Counted from the first letter of the stretch, positions 10,945 to 21,038 are shown. The stretch: 64,000 bases of DNA from Candidatus Magasanikiibacteriota bacterium (GCA_023246715.1 JAHFHZ010000001.1:48571-112570), one strand, 5' to 3'. Made by a program: numbers and translations. Notes: generated from the sequence alone by a model not told the origin.

Positions 10945-12075
10945 ATGGAAACGCAGCAACAGAACGGATTTTGGTTTGGTAAACGGGTGTTGGTGACCGG
11001 GGGGGATGGATTTGTGGCTTCGCATTTAATTAATTATTTATCCACCCAGGGCGCTTTGCCGGTTATGACGGTTCGTCACCGCCGGCCCATGTTTACGCTT
11101 GAATTGATTAAAGATAAAAATTCCTCCGAAAAAGCAATGATGCCGGATATTGAGCAGTGCGACCTACTTGATTATGAGGCTCTGCGTCGAGTGTGCGATC
11201 GCCACCAGATTGACACCATTTTTCATTTGGCGGCATCGGCAATTGTCAGCGACGCGGCTAATTCGCCGGTGTCAACGATTGAGAACAACGTCATGGGGAC
11301 TTTGAATATATTGGAAATCGCCCGGATTAATAAAATTCCGCGCGTGTTGATTGCTTCGACTGATAAATCGTATGGTGATCACTTAGATGATTCTTTGGAA
11401 CCCTTACCGTATCGTGAAGGTTACGCGCTGCGCGGGATGGACGTGTATAGCGCTTCAAAGGTCTGTGCGGATATGTTGACACAAACGTATTCCTATCAGT
11501 TTAAAGTCCCAGCGATTGTGGTGAGATCCTCGAATATTTTTGGACCAGGTGACTTGAATTTTACTAGACTGATTCCACGTACGATTATGTGTTTGCTCGC
11601 CGGTAAAGCGCCGCTGATTAATCAAGGGAATGAAAAAGTTTTGCGTGAATACATCTATATCGATGACGTGGTTCGAGCGTATACTTTTTTGATGGAGAAG
11701 GTGAGTGAAATCTACGGCGCAGATAACTGCCACATGCCGCACCACGGATCAGCAACCTATGGGTGGACGGCGTTTAACGTTGGTAATTATACAGCTGCCG
11801 AAACTGCCGATCCGCAATCATGTGATTCAATTAAAAACGTGAGCGAAATTATTGAACTTTTGCGGAAAAAAATTACTGATATTCCGCCGGTAGTGAAAGC
11901 AAAGGCGGCTAATTTTATTGAAATCCCAGACCAATATCTGGATTGCTCAAAAATTATCAATCTCGGTTTTCGCCCCCACACCAGCTTTGCCGACGGATTA
12001 CAGCGTTCGATTGATTGGTACCGCGAAAATTATAGCTATTTAGAAAAACGCGCGACGCGTTACGTGCACGCTTGA
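10945..12075 (+). CDS. NAD-dependent epimerase/dehydratase, CDP-glucose 4,6-dehydratase-like
   Basis: FWFGKRVLVTGGDGFVASHL N-terminus (RfbG-like FWxGKRV), STDKSYGD, YSASK catalytic YxxxK. Confidence 0.55.
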   Translation: METQQQNGFWFGKRVLVTGGDGFVASHLINYLSTQGALPVMTVRHRRPMFTLELIKDKNSSEKAMMPDIEQCDLLDYEALRRVCDRHQIDTIFHLAASAIVSDAANSPVSTIENNVMGTLNILEIARINKIPRVLIASTDKSYGDHLDDSLEPLPYREGYALRGMDVYSASKVCADMLTQTYSYQFKVPAIVVRSSNIFGPGDLNFTRLIPRTIMCLLAGKAPLINQGNEKVLREYIYIDDVVRAYTFLMEKVSEIYGADNCHMPHHGSATYGWTAFNVGNYTAAETADPQSCDSIKNVSEIIELLRKKITDIPPVVKAKAANFIEIPDQYLDCSKIINLGFRPHTSFADGLQRSIDWYRENYSYLEKRATRYVHA

Positions 12076-12108
12076 TTGCCTGGTCGCGAAGCAGCTTAAC
12101 CCACCGAT

Positions 12109-13977
12109 ATGTGCGGAATTAACGGCTTAACATTTGCAAATCCAGAGCTGATCGCGAAAATGAATCAGCTCACCGCTCACCGCGGTCCTGACCAGACCGC
12201 GGTTTTTACGTCTGAGGGTATTTCGTTAGGCCATAACCGCCTGGCCATTATTGATTTATCCCCGGCAGCCAACCAGCCGATTTGGGATTCCGAGCACCGA
12301 ACGGCCATTATTTTGAATGGTGAGATTTATAATTATCGGGAGTTACGGGCGCAGCTAGCAAAAAAGTATACGTTTGTTTCACAGAGTGATACGGAAGTCA
12401 TTTTATATGCCTACAAGGAGTATGGTCCGGAGTGCCTGACGAAATTGAACGGGATGTTTGCTTTGGCTATTTGGGATAATCAGACAAAAGAATTATTTTT
12501 GGCTCGCGACCCCATGGGCATTAAACCGCTGTGCTATTTTCAAGACCAGCGAGGCTTGTTTTTTTCTTCCGAGATTAAGGCGCTTCTGGCGGCTGGTGCC
12601 CCGCGAAAGGTGAATACTCAGGCTTTTAGCGCTTATTTTAATTTATTGTATATTCCCGAACCACAAACAATGTTTGAGGGGATATATAAGTTACCTGCCG
12701 GGCATTGGTTGCGGTTTAAGGGCGGACAGCGCACGATCCAGCGTTATTACGCGTTAAACAATTTTTTTGATTTTACTGATTACGTGCAGACGGTTAATCA
12801 GGTGAGGGGCCTATTTAAAGATAGCGTGCGGCGACAGTTGGTGTCTGATCGGCCGGTGGGCGTATTTTTGAGTGGTGGATTGGACTCCACAGCGGTGCTT
12901 GGCGCGGCTACCGAGTTTCATGGCCGAGGGATTAAAACTTTTTCGGTTAGTTTTAGCGACAATGTCGAGCCTGATAAATTTGCAGCCGATGCCCGGTTAG
13001 CTAAGCAGACGGCGGCGTATTATGGTAGTGATCATCAGGAATTAGTAATTGGAGCGGGTGATTTTAGCGAGCAGATCAATAATTTAGTATGGCATTTAGA
13101 TGAGCCAAATTTTAACCCAACTGCAGGAGCGATGTTTTTACTGTCCCGCCTGGCAAAACAACACGTGGCGGTGGTGTTGGGTGGGGACGGGGGAGATGAA
13201 TTATTTGGTGGGTACCCGCGGTATTATTATAGTCGATTGATTTCGGCATTTCAGCGGCTGCCAAGCGCGACCCAGCAGATTGGTCGTGGTCTGCTCTCTC
13301 TGGTCGGCAAAAAGGATTTTGCGGAGAAATTAGCTTTGCCCCCCGATGCGCGACGAGTATTGGCTTTTTTACTTCAAAAGCAACAAACGGTGCATAGTGT
13401 GATCCAGCCAAGTTACGCCGATGCTCGGGGCTTGGAGGTTGATTTTCAACAACGCTATTTTGGAGTATCATCCGCTGGCGTGAAGACAGATTTTGAAAAG
13501 CACTTTATGCATATTGATCGGCAAAGCTGGTTGGTAGACGAATCCCTCCTGCGCACTGATCGGATGACCATGGCGTTTGGATTAGAAGCGCGCGTGCCAA
13601 TTTTAGATTATCGTTTGGTGGAATTGGCCTTGCGCATCCCCACGGCGTGGAAGTTTAGTTTGTGGCAACGACCCAACAAATTCCAAGGTAAACACATTTG
13701 GCGCGACGCGGTGCGTGAATACTTGCCAGAACATGTTTTGAACCAACCAAAGCGAGGATGGTTTACCCCCATGGCCAAGTGGGTTCGCGCGGATTTGCGT
13801 TTACTGGTAGAGGACATATTGCTTTCGGATCGGTTACCAACGGAATTTTTTAATCGGGTTGGGGTAGCCCGGATGTGGCAAGATCATCTGAGTAAAAAAT
13901 ACTATAATTTGAACATGCTTTGGGCGATCGTGATGTGGCAGTTATGGTACGAACGGTTCATTAAAAGTTCAAGTTAA
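12109..13977 (+). CDS. asnB: Asparagine synthetase-like glutamine amidotransferase (AsnB family)
   Basis: MCGI N-terminal nucleophile Cys2, PP-loop SGGLDSTAV, length of 622 aa. Confidence 0.85.
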   Translation: MCGINGLTFANPELIAKMNQLTAHRGPDQTAVFTSEGISLGHNRLAIIDLSPAANQPIWDSEHRTAIILNGEIYNYRELRAQLAKKYTFVSQSDTEVILYAYKEYGPECLTKLNGMFALAIWDNQTKELFLARDPMGIKPLCYFQDQRGLFFSSEIKALLAAGAPRKVNTQAFSAYFNLLYIPEPQTMFEGIYKLPAGHWLRFKGGQRTIQRYYALNNFFDFTDYVQTVNQVRGLFKDSVRRQLVSDRPVGVFLSGGLDSTAVLGAATEFHGRGIKTFSVSFSDNVEPDKFAADARLAKQTAAYYGSDHQELVIGAGDFSEQINNLVWHLDEPNFNPTAGAMFLLSRLAKQHVAVVLGGDGGDELFGGYPRYYYSRLISAFQRLPSATQQIGRGLLSLVGKKDFAEKLALPPDARRVLAFLLQKQQTVHSVIQPSYADARGLEVDFQQRYFGVSSAGVKTDFEKHFMHIDRQSWLVDESLLRTDRMTMAFGLEARVPILDYRLVELALRIPTAWKFSLWQRPNKFQGKHIWRDAVREYLPEHVLNQPKRGWFTPMAKWVRADLRLLVEDILLSDRLPTEFFNRVGVARMWQDHLSKKYYNLNMLWAIVMWQLWYERFIKSSS

Positions 13978-13993
13978 TTTTTTAAGTTTACTT

Positions 13994-14725
13994 TTGATTT
14001 TTCATGTGCAGTGTTTTACGATTTTAAGAGAGACCTGGAGAGGAAAGGATATCTATCGAGTGCTGATGAATCAGGCCTGCGCTGATTTTACGATGAAAGG
14101 ATTGACTGTTGATGTTGGCAGTAGCACGCGGCTGGCCAGTTATCATCGATTTTTACAGAAAGACCCCGGTACGACGCTGGAGTGTTTAGATTTGGGTTTT
14201 GAAAGCACCGGAATTGGCGGCAAACGTATAGACTTAGAGCAGGATAAGCTGCCGTACGCCGATGGGGTGGTGGATAGCGTACTGATGTTTAATCTGTTGG
14301 AACATATTTATAACTACGATCAAGCGCTCCGTGAAGCAGCGCGAGTTTTAAAGCCGGGAGGGCAGTTGATTGGCGCGGTGCCGTTTTTAGTTAACTATCA
14401 CCCTGATCCCCATGACTATTGGCGTTTTACGGGCGAGACATTACAAAATATTTTTACGCAAGCGGGCTTTAAGGATATTCAAGTTATTTCCTTTGGTTGT
14501 GGGCCATTCACGGCAGGTTGGTCGCATGTTGAGCAGGTAGTACCGCGGATTTTGAAAATTATCTTTTTACCACTTGTTTTGTTATTTGACGCGGCAGTAT
14601 CGGCGCTTGTACCAAAGATGAATAAAGATCGGTTTAGCCTGGGTTTTTTATTTCATTGCCGAGCGCCTGCCGCGGGAGAAGCGCAGGCAAAATCCATACA
14701 GGTAGCTGGCGCCCAGGCCGCCTAA
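13994..14725 (+). CDS. Class I SAM-dependent methyltransferase. The start is uncertain; alternative ATGs lie at 14066 and 14093.
   Basis: Motif I LTVDVGSST. Methyltransf_11-like spacing. The 3' end overlaps a convergent gene by about 78 bp. Confidence 0.55.
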   Translation: MIFHVQCFTILRETWRGKDIYRVLMNQACADFTMKGLTVDVGSSTRLASYHRFLQKDPGTTLECLDLGFESTGIGGKRIDLEQDKLPYADGVVDSVLMFNLLEHIYNYDQALREAARVLKPGGQLIGAVPFLVNYHPDPHDYWRFTGETLQNIFTQAGFKDIQVISFGCGPFTAGWSHVEQVVPRILKIIFLPLVLLFDAAVSALVPKMNKDRFSLGFLFHCRAPAAGEAQAKSIQVAGAQAA

Positions 14726-15988
14726 GAAGAAAATAATTCCAAGAAGTGGTACGCGCATCCGTGAGTAGCTGACACAGAGCGTTATAACGGCGTTAGCGAG
14801 TATGATTGATCCAAGCGCCAGGGCCACATAGTATTTTTTTTCTTTGTAGAGCGCGACCAAGCCGCCGACAACCAACAAAAGCATTGTTGCCCACACCATG
14901 TTGTCTAGGTAGGTTGCGAAACGCCCTAGGAAGCTTTGTTTTGTTCCTTTACGAATCATGTCGAGGATAGTGTCGTAGCGGCTGTCAAACCAAATTTTGG
15001 GCGCACAGAGTAATTGACTTACAACGATATTTTTTTGACCAATATGAGCAGTTACTTCGGCTGCCTTTTTTTTAATATTGGGATATTCGTTGGCGTTAAA
15101 ACCAACCATTGCGCTGCCCACGCGACCTTTAGCATCAAATATCTGCGGGCCCTCTTCGAGGGATTTTTTTTCGGCTGGAGTACCAAAAATACTGATGACG
15201 TTATATTGATAGCTTGAGCTTAATGTTGGCGTGCCGAGCAAAGCGTAATTGCGGATCAACCAAGAGCTTATTAATAACATGAAACATGTTGCAAAAAGCA
15301 GGCACCCTTTCAGTTTTTTTGCTAACGGAACCTGTTGGTTGGAAATAAGCAGCAGTCCCAGCCCCGGAGTCCATAGCAAGCCGACCGGGCGAGCGAGGGT
15401 GGCAATTCCCAGGGCTACCCCCGCCACCGCTGAGCGCAACCAAAACCATTTGGCTGATTCCGTATTTGGTCGGCGTAAAAGCAGGTATAGGGATAGAAAC
15501 ATGAAAAAACCATAGAAGCTTTCACTCATGGTTTGAAGTGACAACATCCATTGGAGCGGTTCGATTAAGAACAAACCCGTGAAACAATAACCGATTTTTG
15601 GTCGCCCGTATTGATCAAATAGTTTAAACAGCATCCAGCCCGAGAGGAGGAGTAAAATTTGTTGAACAGCGATAATCAGCAGGCCGCTTTTATCAAAGAA
15701 TTCTAGCGCGGCCAGAAATAAAGGGTAGCTTGGGGGCCGTAGTACCTGGGGGAGGTAAGGGGCATTTGGCGAGAGTGAAAACCCATGCCCAGCAAGAACA
15801 TTCTGGCCAATCAGACGGTATTGTAAGGCATCTTGAATCGGTGAAATATCCAAGTGCTTAGTGGCTACAAAATATATGCTGGCGGCGTGCAGAATGGCCA
15901 AAAAACCAAAAAAAATTAGCCGAGGGTGGCGGCGTAAAAAACTGAATTTTTTTGAGGTGCCGCGTTCGATTGCGGCAGACGTTTCCAT
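14648..15988 (-). CDS. Polytopic GT-C membrane glycosyltransferase (ArnT/PMT-like)
   Basis: More than 10 predicted helices. Adjacent to a DPM1-like GT2. Confidence 0.6.
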   Translation of the reverse strand: METSAAIERGTSKKFSFLRRHPRLIFFGFLAILHAASIYFVATKHLDISPIQDALQYRLIGQNVLAGHGFSLSPNAPYLPQVLRPPSYPLFLAALEFFDKSGLLIIAVQQILLLLSGWMLFKLFDQYGRPKIGYCFTGLFLIEPLQWMLSLQTMSESFYGFFMFLSLYLLLRRPNTESAKWFWLRSAVAGVALGIATLARPVGLLWTPGLGLLLISNQQVPLAKKLKGCLLFATCFMLLISSWLIRNYALLGTPTLSSSYQYNVISIFGTPAEKKSLEEGPQIFDAKGRVGSAMVGFNANEYPNIKKKAAEVTAHIGQKNIVVSQLLCAPKIWFDSRYDTILDMIRKGTKQSFLGRFATYLDNMVWATMLLLVVGGLVALYKEKKYYVALALGSIILANAVITLCVSYSRMRVPLLGIIFFLGGLGASYLYGFCLRFSRGRRSAMK

Positions 15989-16005
15989 ATCTTAATTAAG
16001 GTATT

Positions 16006-16713
16006 TTAGAGTTCGCTTTTTTTGGTGAATAAAATACGCAGCGCAAAAGGCGCGTAGCGGAAGCGTTTCCAGGTATTCATCTTGGATACCCCTTCGGTTC
16101 GTTTACGCCAAATTGAAGGAATTTCGATTGCTTTGTACCCAAGCCTCAGCGGCTTAAGCGTGGTTTCCATAGCTATCTCATGCAATTCTCCCCACCAGTG
16201 TACTTCTTTGAGCAATCGGGCGTTGAATATTTTAAACCCGTAGGTCAGGTCGTGTAGTTTGGTGAAATACAAAATGCGAAACACAATTTGGAAACCCCGA
16301 TTCAAGACATAGGTAAGCGGATCGTATTTATACACAGCACCTCCTTTGATCCAACGGCTGGCCACGGCCAGATCGTAGCCCTGTTCGGCAGCTTTAATCA
16401 TTTTTGGTACAGTTGCCAGATCCATTTCACCATCGGCATCGAGCATGAGCACATGACTGCCAGTGACTAGTGTAAACGCTTGGCGATAAGCGCGGCCAAG
16501 TCCAGGGTTTTCTTTTTGCGTGTAGTGACGCAGGAAGGGGTAGATTTTTTCCAGTTCCTGACAAATTTCAAAAGTACGCTGGCTGGAGCGCGGCGACACA
16601 ATGATGATTATTTGGTGCAAAGCGCTGCTGTTCCCCGCTACCAGAGCGTGGACTGTTTTACGCAGCACCTCTTCTTCAGACCACACCGGAATTATTACCG
16701 AGAGTTTGATCAT
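16006..16713 (-). CDS. GT2 polyprenyl-phosphate glycosyltransferase (DPM1-like)
   Basis: MIKLSVIIPVWSEEE, LMLDADGE (DxD). The start was moved to the internal ATG to avoid a long overlap with fcl. Confidence 0.7.
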   Translation of the reverse strand: MIKLSVIIPVWSEEEVLRKTVHALVAGNSSALHQIIIIVSPRSSQRTFEICQELEKIYPFLRHYTQKENPGLGRAYRQAFTLVTGSHVLMLDADGEMDLATVPKMIKAAEQGYDLAVASRWIKGGAVYKYDPLTYVLNRGFQIVFRILYFTKLHDLTYGFKIFNARLLKEVHWWGELHEIAMETTLKPLRLGYKAIEIPSIWRKRTEGVSKMNTWKRFRYAPFALRILFTKKSEL

Positions 16714-17680
16714 ATAACACTTTTTTCTTACGATCAGCTTCAATTTTATGGGCGAGGTACCAGGTAACGGTTTTTTGCAGGCCGTCACGCAGTGTTTGTC
16801 GTGGTTCCCAGCCGAGTTTTGTTTTCATTTTCGTGACGTCAAGAATTTTTTTGAGCTGGCCATCTGGTTTGCTGGTGTTCCAGGTTATCTCTCCTTGGTA
16901 AACAACTACCTCGCGAATCATTTCGGCTAACTCCCGAACGCTACAACCATTAGTGGTGGTTAAGTTCATTGGTGCGCCATCATCGTATTTTTCGGTGGCG
17001 AGCACGATCCCGTTGGCCGCATCTTCAACATACAAAAAATTGCGAGTTGGCGCTCCGGTTCCCCACACTTCCACAAATGGCATTTTGTCCATTTTAGCTT
17101 CCACAAAACGCCTGATTAGCGCACCTACGACGTGCGAACTGCCAAAATCAAAATTATCGCCCGGGCCATACATGTTGGTGGGAATTAAAAAAATAGAGTG
17201 AAATCCGTATTGTTTTTTGTAAGCCCACGATTGAACAGATAAAATACGCTTCACGATGCCGTAATCAAGAGCGGTTTCATGGGGTGGTCCTGTCCAGAGA
17301 TCTTCTTCGACTAAAATATCTTTATTCAGATATCCGGGGTAGGCGCAATCTGATCCGATGATGACAAATTTTGCTACTTTGTTAACACGCGCCGCTTCAA
17401 TTAAATTCGTACTCATCATTAGATTTTCGTAGTAGATATTTCCTGGAAATTTTTCGTGGATAGCCATTCCGCCATAAAAGGCGGCACAATGGATAATAAT
17501 GTCAAATTTTTGTTCAGCCAGGTATTTTTCGGTGGCTGCTTGACGGGTAAAATCAACTTCGCTACGGTGCGGTGTTACTATGGCGCCGGAGCGTGGCAGC
17601 AGCCGCTCTCGAATTTGGCTCCCCAGGAATCCGTTGCCACCAGTAATTAATATTTTTTTGTTTTGGAAAAAATTGGTCAT
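16676..17680 (-). CDS. fcl: GDP-L-fucose synthase (GDP-4-keto-6-deoxymannose 3,5-epimerase/4-reductase), or the ColC homologue
   Basis: KKILITGGNGFLGS; SHVVGALIRRFVEAK...VEVWGTGAPTRNFLYVEDAA matches the Fcl/GMER signature region. Confidence 0.8.
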   Translation of the reverse strand: MTNFFQNKKILITGGNGFLGSQIRERLLPRSGAIVTPHRSEVDFTRQAATEKYLAEQKFDIIIHCAAFYGGMAIHEKFPGNIYYENLMMSTNLIEAARVNKVAKFVIIGSDCAYPGYLNKDILVEEDLWTGPPHETALDYGIVKRILSVQSWAYKKQYGFHSIFLIPTNMYGPGDNFDFGSSHVVGALIRRFVEAKMDKMPFVEVWGTGAPTRNFLYVEDAANGIVLATEKYDDGAPMNLTTTNGCSVRELAEMIREVVVYQGEITWNTSKPDGQLKKILDVTKMKTKLGWEPRQTLRDGLQKTVTWYLAHKIEADRKKKVLYDQTLGNNSGVV

Positions 17681-17779
17681 AGCCTGGCTGCTTCTGAAAT
17701 CATCCTCGAATAGAACTCATTTGGTGTTTTTACAAAATCCTTTTTGTAATTAGCCAATATAATGTGACCCTATATTACC

Positions 17780-17861
17780 TGTCATTCCCGCGAAAGCGGG
17801 AATCCAGACACTCACGTTTTTGTCTTACCATGATTGGATTCCCGCTTTCGTGGGAATGACA
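17780..17861. repeat. Nested palindromic element. Arms are tgtcattcccgcgaaagcgggaatcc (17780-17805) and ggattcccgctttcgtgggaatgaca (17836-17861). Each arm is itself a GAAA-loop hairpin.
   Basis: Read directly from the sequence. The arms are reverse complements with 1 mismatch. The ATTCCC-N8-GGGAAT core is present. It lies in the 324-bp divergent intergenic region between fcl (-) and a GT4 gene (+). Confidence 0.8.
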
Positions 17862-18004
17862 ATTGGGAAAACTCTAAATAAGTTAGAGTCTCTATACTCT
17901 ACCAGATTAGCCCGTGTCAGGCAACTGGCCTCGAGGCCCCGGAATAGCGCAAAAAAATGACAAACAAGACAAAAATTGCTAAGCTAAGAAGGTTAATTTA
18001 GACT

Positions 18005-19126
18005 ATGCCTTTTGACCCACCTACACTGATTTACCTGGCCACAATCCGTCTGCCGACAGAAAAGGCCCACGGTCTCCAAATCATGAAGACGTGCGAGGCT
18101 TTAGCGGGTCGCGGGGTGGAGCTGCGGTTGCTGGTACCAAAGAGAAAAAATATTTTATCCGGTAGCGCTTTTGATTTTTACCAGATAAAGCAAAATTTTA
18201 AACTTGATTTTGTACCTTGCGTTGACGCGATTAATTGGCTGATTGGCCGATTTGGTTTTTGGTTGACTAATTGGAGTTTTTATCGCCAGGCAAAAAAATT
18301 TTTTACTCCTAACGCGTTGTTTTATACGCGTGATTTGCTGTTAGCGATGGCTTTGACCAGGGATCATAAGCCTTTTATCTATGAGATTCACAGTTTGCCT
18401 GAAAAAGCGAGTAAACACCATATCCGAGTCTGGCAAAGCGCGAGCGGAATTGTGGTGATCAGTGACGGATTGAAAAACCAGTTGATCGCCTGGGGTGTAA
18501 GTGAGAGTAAAATAACCGTGGCACGCGATGCGGTCGAGGTTGAGAAGTTCCAAATCGCGGAATCTAAACACGACTGCCGTCAGAAATTGAATTTACCGCT
18601 TGATGGGCAGATCGTCGTGTATACTGGGCATTTATACGCGTGGAAGGGAGCCGGAATTTTGGCGCAAGCGGCCACGATTTTGCCCCAGGCAACCCAAGTG
18701 TATTTGGTTGGTGGTACGAATGAGGATGTAGCTCGGTTTAAAACTTTATATACGGCGCCTAATTTGCACATTGTTGGCTGGCAACCCCACGCCCAGATGC
18801 CTTTTTGGAATAAAGCAGCCGATGTTTTGGTTATTCCCACCAGCGGCAAAGAAAAGATTGGCGCCGTCTATACTTCACCCATGAAATTATTTGAATATTT
18901 GGTCTCGGGGAATCCGATTGTCGCTTCGGCTATTCCGGCGTTGCAAGAAATATTAAGTGAAGATCGAGCGATTTTTTTTGTCCCCGATAACGCTCCGGAC
19001 CTGGCTCGCGCTGTGCAACAGGCCCTTACAACACCGCCCCAGGCAAAAGCCGGGGATCTTAGTGAGTACTCGTGGGGACAACGAGCGATCATTATTGCTA
19101 ATTTTATTAACACACTCAACCTTTAA
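18005..19126 (+). CDS. Glycosyltransferase, GT4-like
   Basis: GT-B; ...SPMKLFEYLVSGNPIVASAIPALQEIL. Confidence 0.65.
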   Translation: MPFDPPTLIYLATIRLPTEKAHGLQIMKTCEALAGRGVELRLLVPKRKNILSGSAFDFYQIKQNFKLDFVPCVDAINWLIGRFGFWLTNWSFYRQAKKFFTPNALFYTRDLLLAMALTRDHKPFIYEIHSLPEKASKHHIRVWQSASGIVVISDGLKNQLIAWGVSESKITVARDAVEVEKFQIAESKHDCRQKLNLPLDGQIVVYTGHLYAWKGAGILAQAATILPQATQVYLVGGTNEDVARFKTLYTAPNLHIVGWQPHAQMPFWNKAADVLVIPTSGKEKIGAVYTSPMKLFEYLVSGNPIVASAIPALQEILSEDRAIFFVPDNAPDLARAVQQALTTPPQAKAGDLSEYSWGQRAIIIANFINTLNL

Positions 19127-19140
19127 CGATAGCATTTTCT

Positions 19141-21030
19141 ATGTGTGGTATCGCAGGCTTTGTAGGAGCGGGGGATAGGAGTGTGCTAGAAAAAATGACC
19201 ACCACTATTAAGCATCGAGGGCCTGATGACGTGGGCTTCTTATTGCGCGAGAATGTCGGTTTTGGGCACCGGCGCTTGAGCATTATTGATTTAAGCCCGA
19301 CCGGCCACCAGCCCATGGGCAGCGCTGATGGTCGAATACAAATGGTGTTCAACGGTGAAATCTATAATTTTTTGGAGTTAAAAAAAGATTTAATTGCCAA
19401 AGGGTATGCCTTTCGGGGCGGGAGCGATAGCGAAGTGATTATCGCTTTGTACCAGGAATACGGCACAGAATCATTCTGTAGGCTTAATGGCATGTTCGCG
19501 ATTGCTCTCTATGATTTTAAGGATCGTGAGTTAGTGTTGGTGCGAGATCGGTTGGGTAAAAAACCTTTGTATTATAGCCAGATTGGCGGTGTGTTTTTGT
19601 TTGGCTCGGAATTGAAGGTTTTGTTAGAGCACCCGGCATTTGTTAAAAAATTGAATTTAGCTGCCGTTAACACTTATTTTGCGTGCGATTATATTCCCAC
19701 ACCAGCTACTATTTTTGAAGGCGTTTTTAAATTAGAGCCCGGCACCTATTTAAGTCTGAAGAGTGGCCATATCCAGAAGTATAAATTTTGGGATATCAGC
19801 TTTGATGCTGACCCTGAAGCAGTCCGTTTATCTAAGGAAGGCAAGGTAAATGAAATTTTTTCGGCGCTGGATGCACGCCTGGAATCAGCGGTACATAAGC
19901 GTTTGATGGCGGATGTTCCCTTAGGCGTTTTTTTAAGTGGGGGTATTGATAGTTCGACCGTGGCTTATTACGCACAAAAAAATAGCGTCCAGAAAATAAA
20001 AACTTTTTGTATTGGTTTTAAGGACCAAAGTTATGATGAAAGCTCTTATGCGCGCCAAGTAGCCAAGTTTTTGGGAACCGAGCATCACGAAGCGATTCTT
20101 GAGCCTAAGGAATGTCTGGAGCTTATACCCCGGCTAGCTGATTTGAGCGACGAGCCAGTGGCAGATTATTCTTTTATTCCGACGTATTTATTATCGCGTT
20201 TCACTCGACAGCACGTTACTGTTGCGCTTGGCGGGGACGGAGGGGACGAGCTATTTTTTGGGTATGGAACCATTGTGGCCGAACGAATCGCCCAGGCTGT
20301 ACGTTTTTTCCCTGTGGCAACAGATATTGGTTTGATGCTATTGGGAATGCTGCCGGTTTCGCACGCTCGATTTAATACGCGTTTTAAACTGGAGCGATTT
20401 TTGGCTGGGCTTAATTCGCCAAAATTATATCGCCATCAGGCGTGGCTTGGCACGTTTGATGCCTCAGAGCGAAACAAATTATTTACCCGACAAGCGCAGC
20501 AACAATTGGCCAGCACAAATGGCTATACTCACCTGGATAATTATGGAATTACGACTAAAAATTTTCACCGGTTTAATGAATTGATTTACTTGTATTTACG
20601 GACGTATCTGATGGATCAGGTGTTGGTAAAAGTTGACCGCGCCAGCATGGCCAACTCTTTAGAAGTTCGAGCGCCATTTTTAGATTATGAATTCGTTGAC
20701 TTCGTTAATTCACTTTCGTATACTTATAAAATTAAAGGTTTACAGACTAAATGGCTGCTCCGCAAGTTAATGCATGGTAAATTACCCCCCGAAATAATTC
20801 GGCGTCCCAAAGCTGGTTTTGGCATTCCGTTGTCGGATTGGTTAAGTGCTGAATTAAAGCCGCTGATGCTGGAATTATTAGCCCCGGAGAATCTCCGCCC
20901 AACCGGTCTGTTTAATCCCGATTATACCCAGGGGATTATTGCCCAGCACCTGGAGCGGCGCAAAGATTGCCGTAAGGAATTGTGGAATTTAATAACCTTT
21001 CAATTGTGGGCCAAAAAATGGCTGATTTAG
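19141..21030 (+). CDS. asnB: Asparagine synthetase-like glutamine amidotransferase (second AsnB paralogue)
   Basis: MCGIAGFVG, SGGIDSSTV PP-loop, 629 aa. Confidence 0.85.
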   Translation: MCGIAGFVGAGDRSVLEKMTTTIKHRGPDDVGFLLRENVGFGHRRLSIIDLSPTGHQPMGSADGRIQMVFNGEIYNFLELKKDLIAKGYAFRGGSDSEVIIALYQEYGTESFCRLNGMFAIALYDFKDRELVLVRDRLGKKPLYYSQIGGVFLFGSELKVLLEHPAFVKKLNLAAVNTYFACDYIPTPATIFEGVFKLEPGTYLSLKSGHIQKYKFWDISFDADPEAVRLSKEGKVNEIFSALDARLESAVHKRLMADVPLGVFLSGGIDSSTVAYYAQKNSVQKIKTFCIGFKDQSYDESSYARQVAKFLGTEHHEAILEPKECLELIPRLADLSDEPVADYSFIPTYLLSRFTRQHVTVALGGDGGDELFFGYGTIVAERIAQAVRFFPVATDIGLMLLGMLPVSHARFNTRFKLERFLAGLNSPKLYRHQAWLGTFDASERNKLFTRQAQQQLASTNGYTHLDNYGITTKNFHRFNELIYLYLRTYLMDQVLVKVDRASMANSLEVRAPFLDYEFVDFVNSLSYTYKIKGLQTKWLLRKLMHGKLPPEIIRRPKAGFGIPLSDWLSAELKPLMLELLAPENLRPTGLFNPDYTQGIIAQHLERRKDCRKELWNLITFQLWAKKWLI

Positions 21031-21038
21031 TAGTTTGT

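Noticed and set aside
17961-18004. Short direct repeat gctaagctaag and an A-rich tract upstream of the GT4 gene, as a possible tandem repeat or tRNA fragment
   Set aside because: It is too short and degenerate. More likely an AT-rich promoter or UTR sequence.
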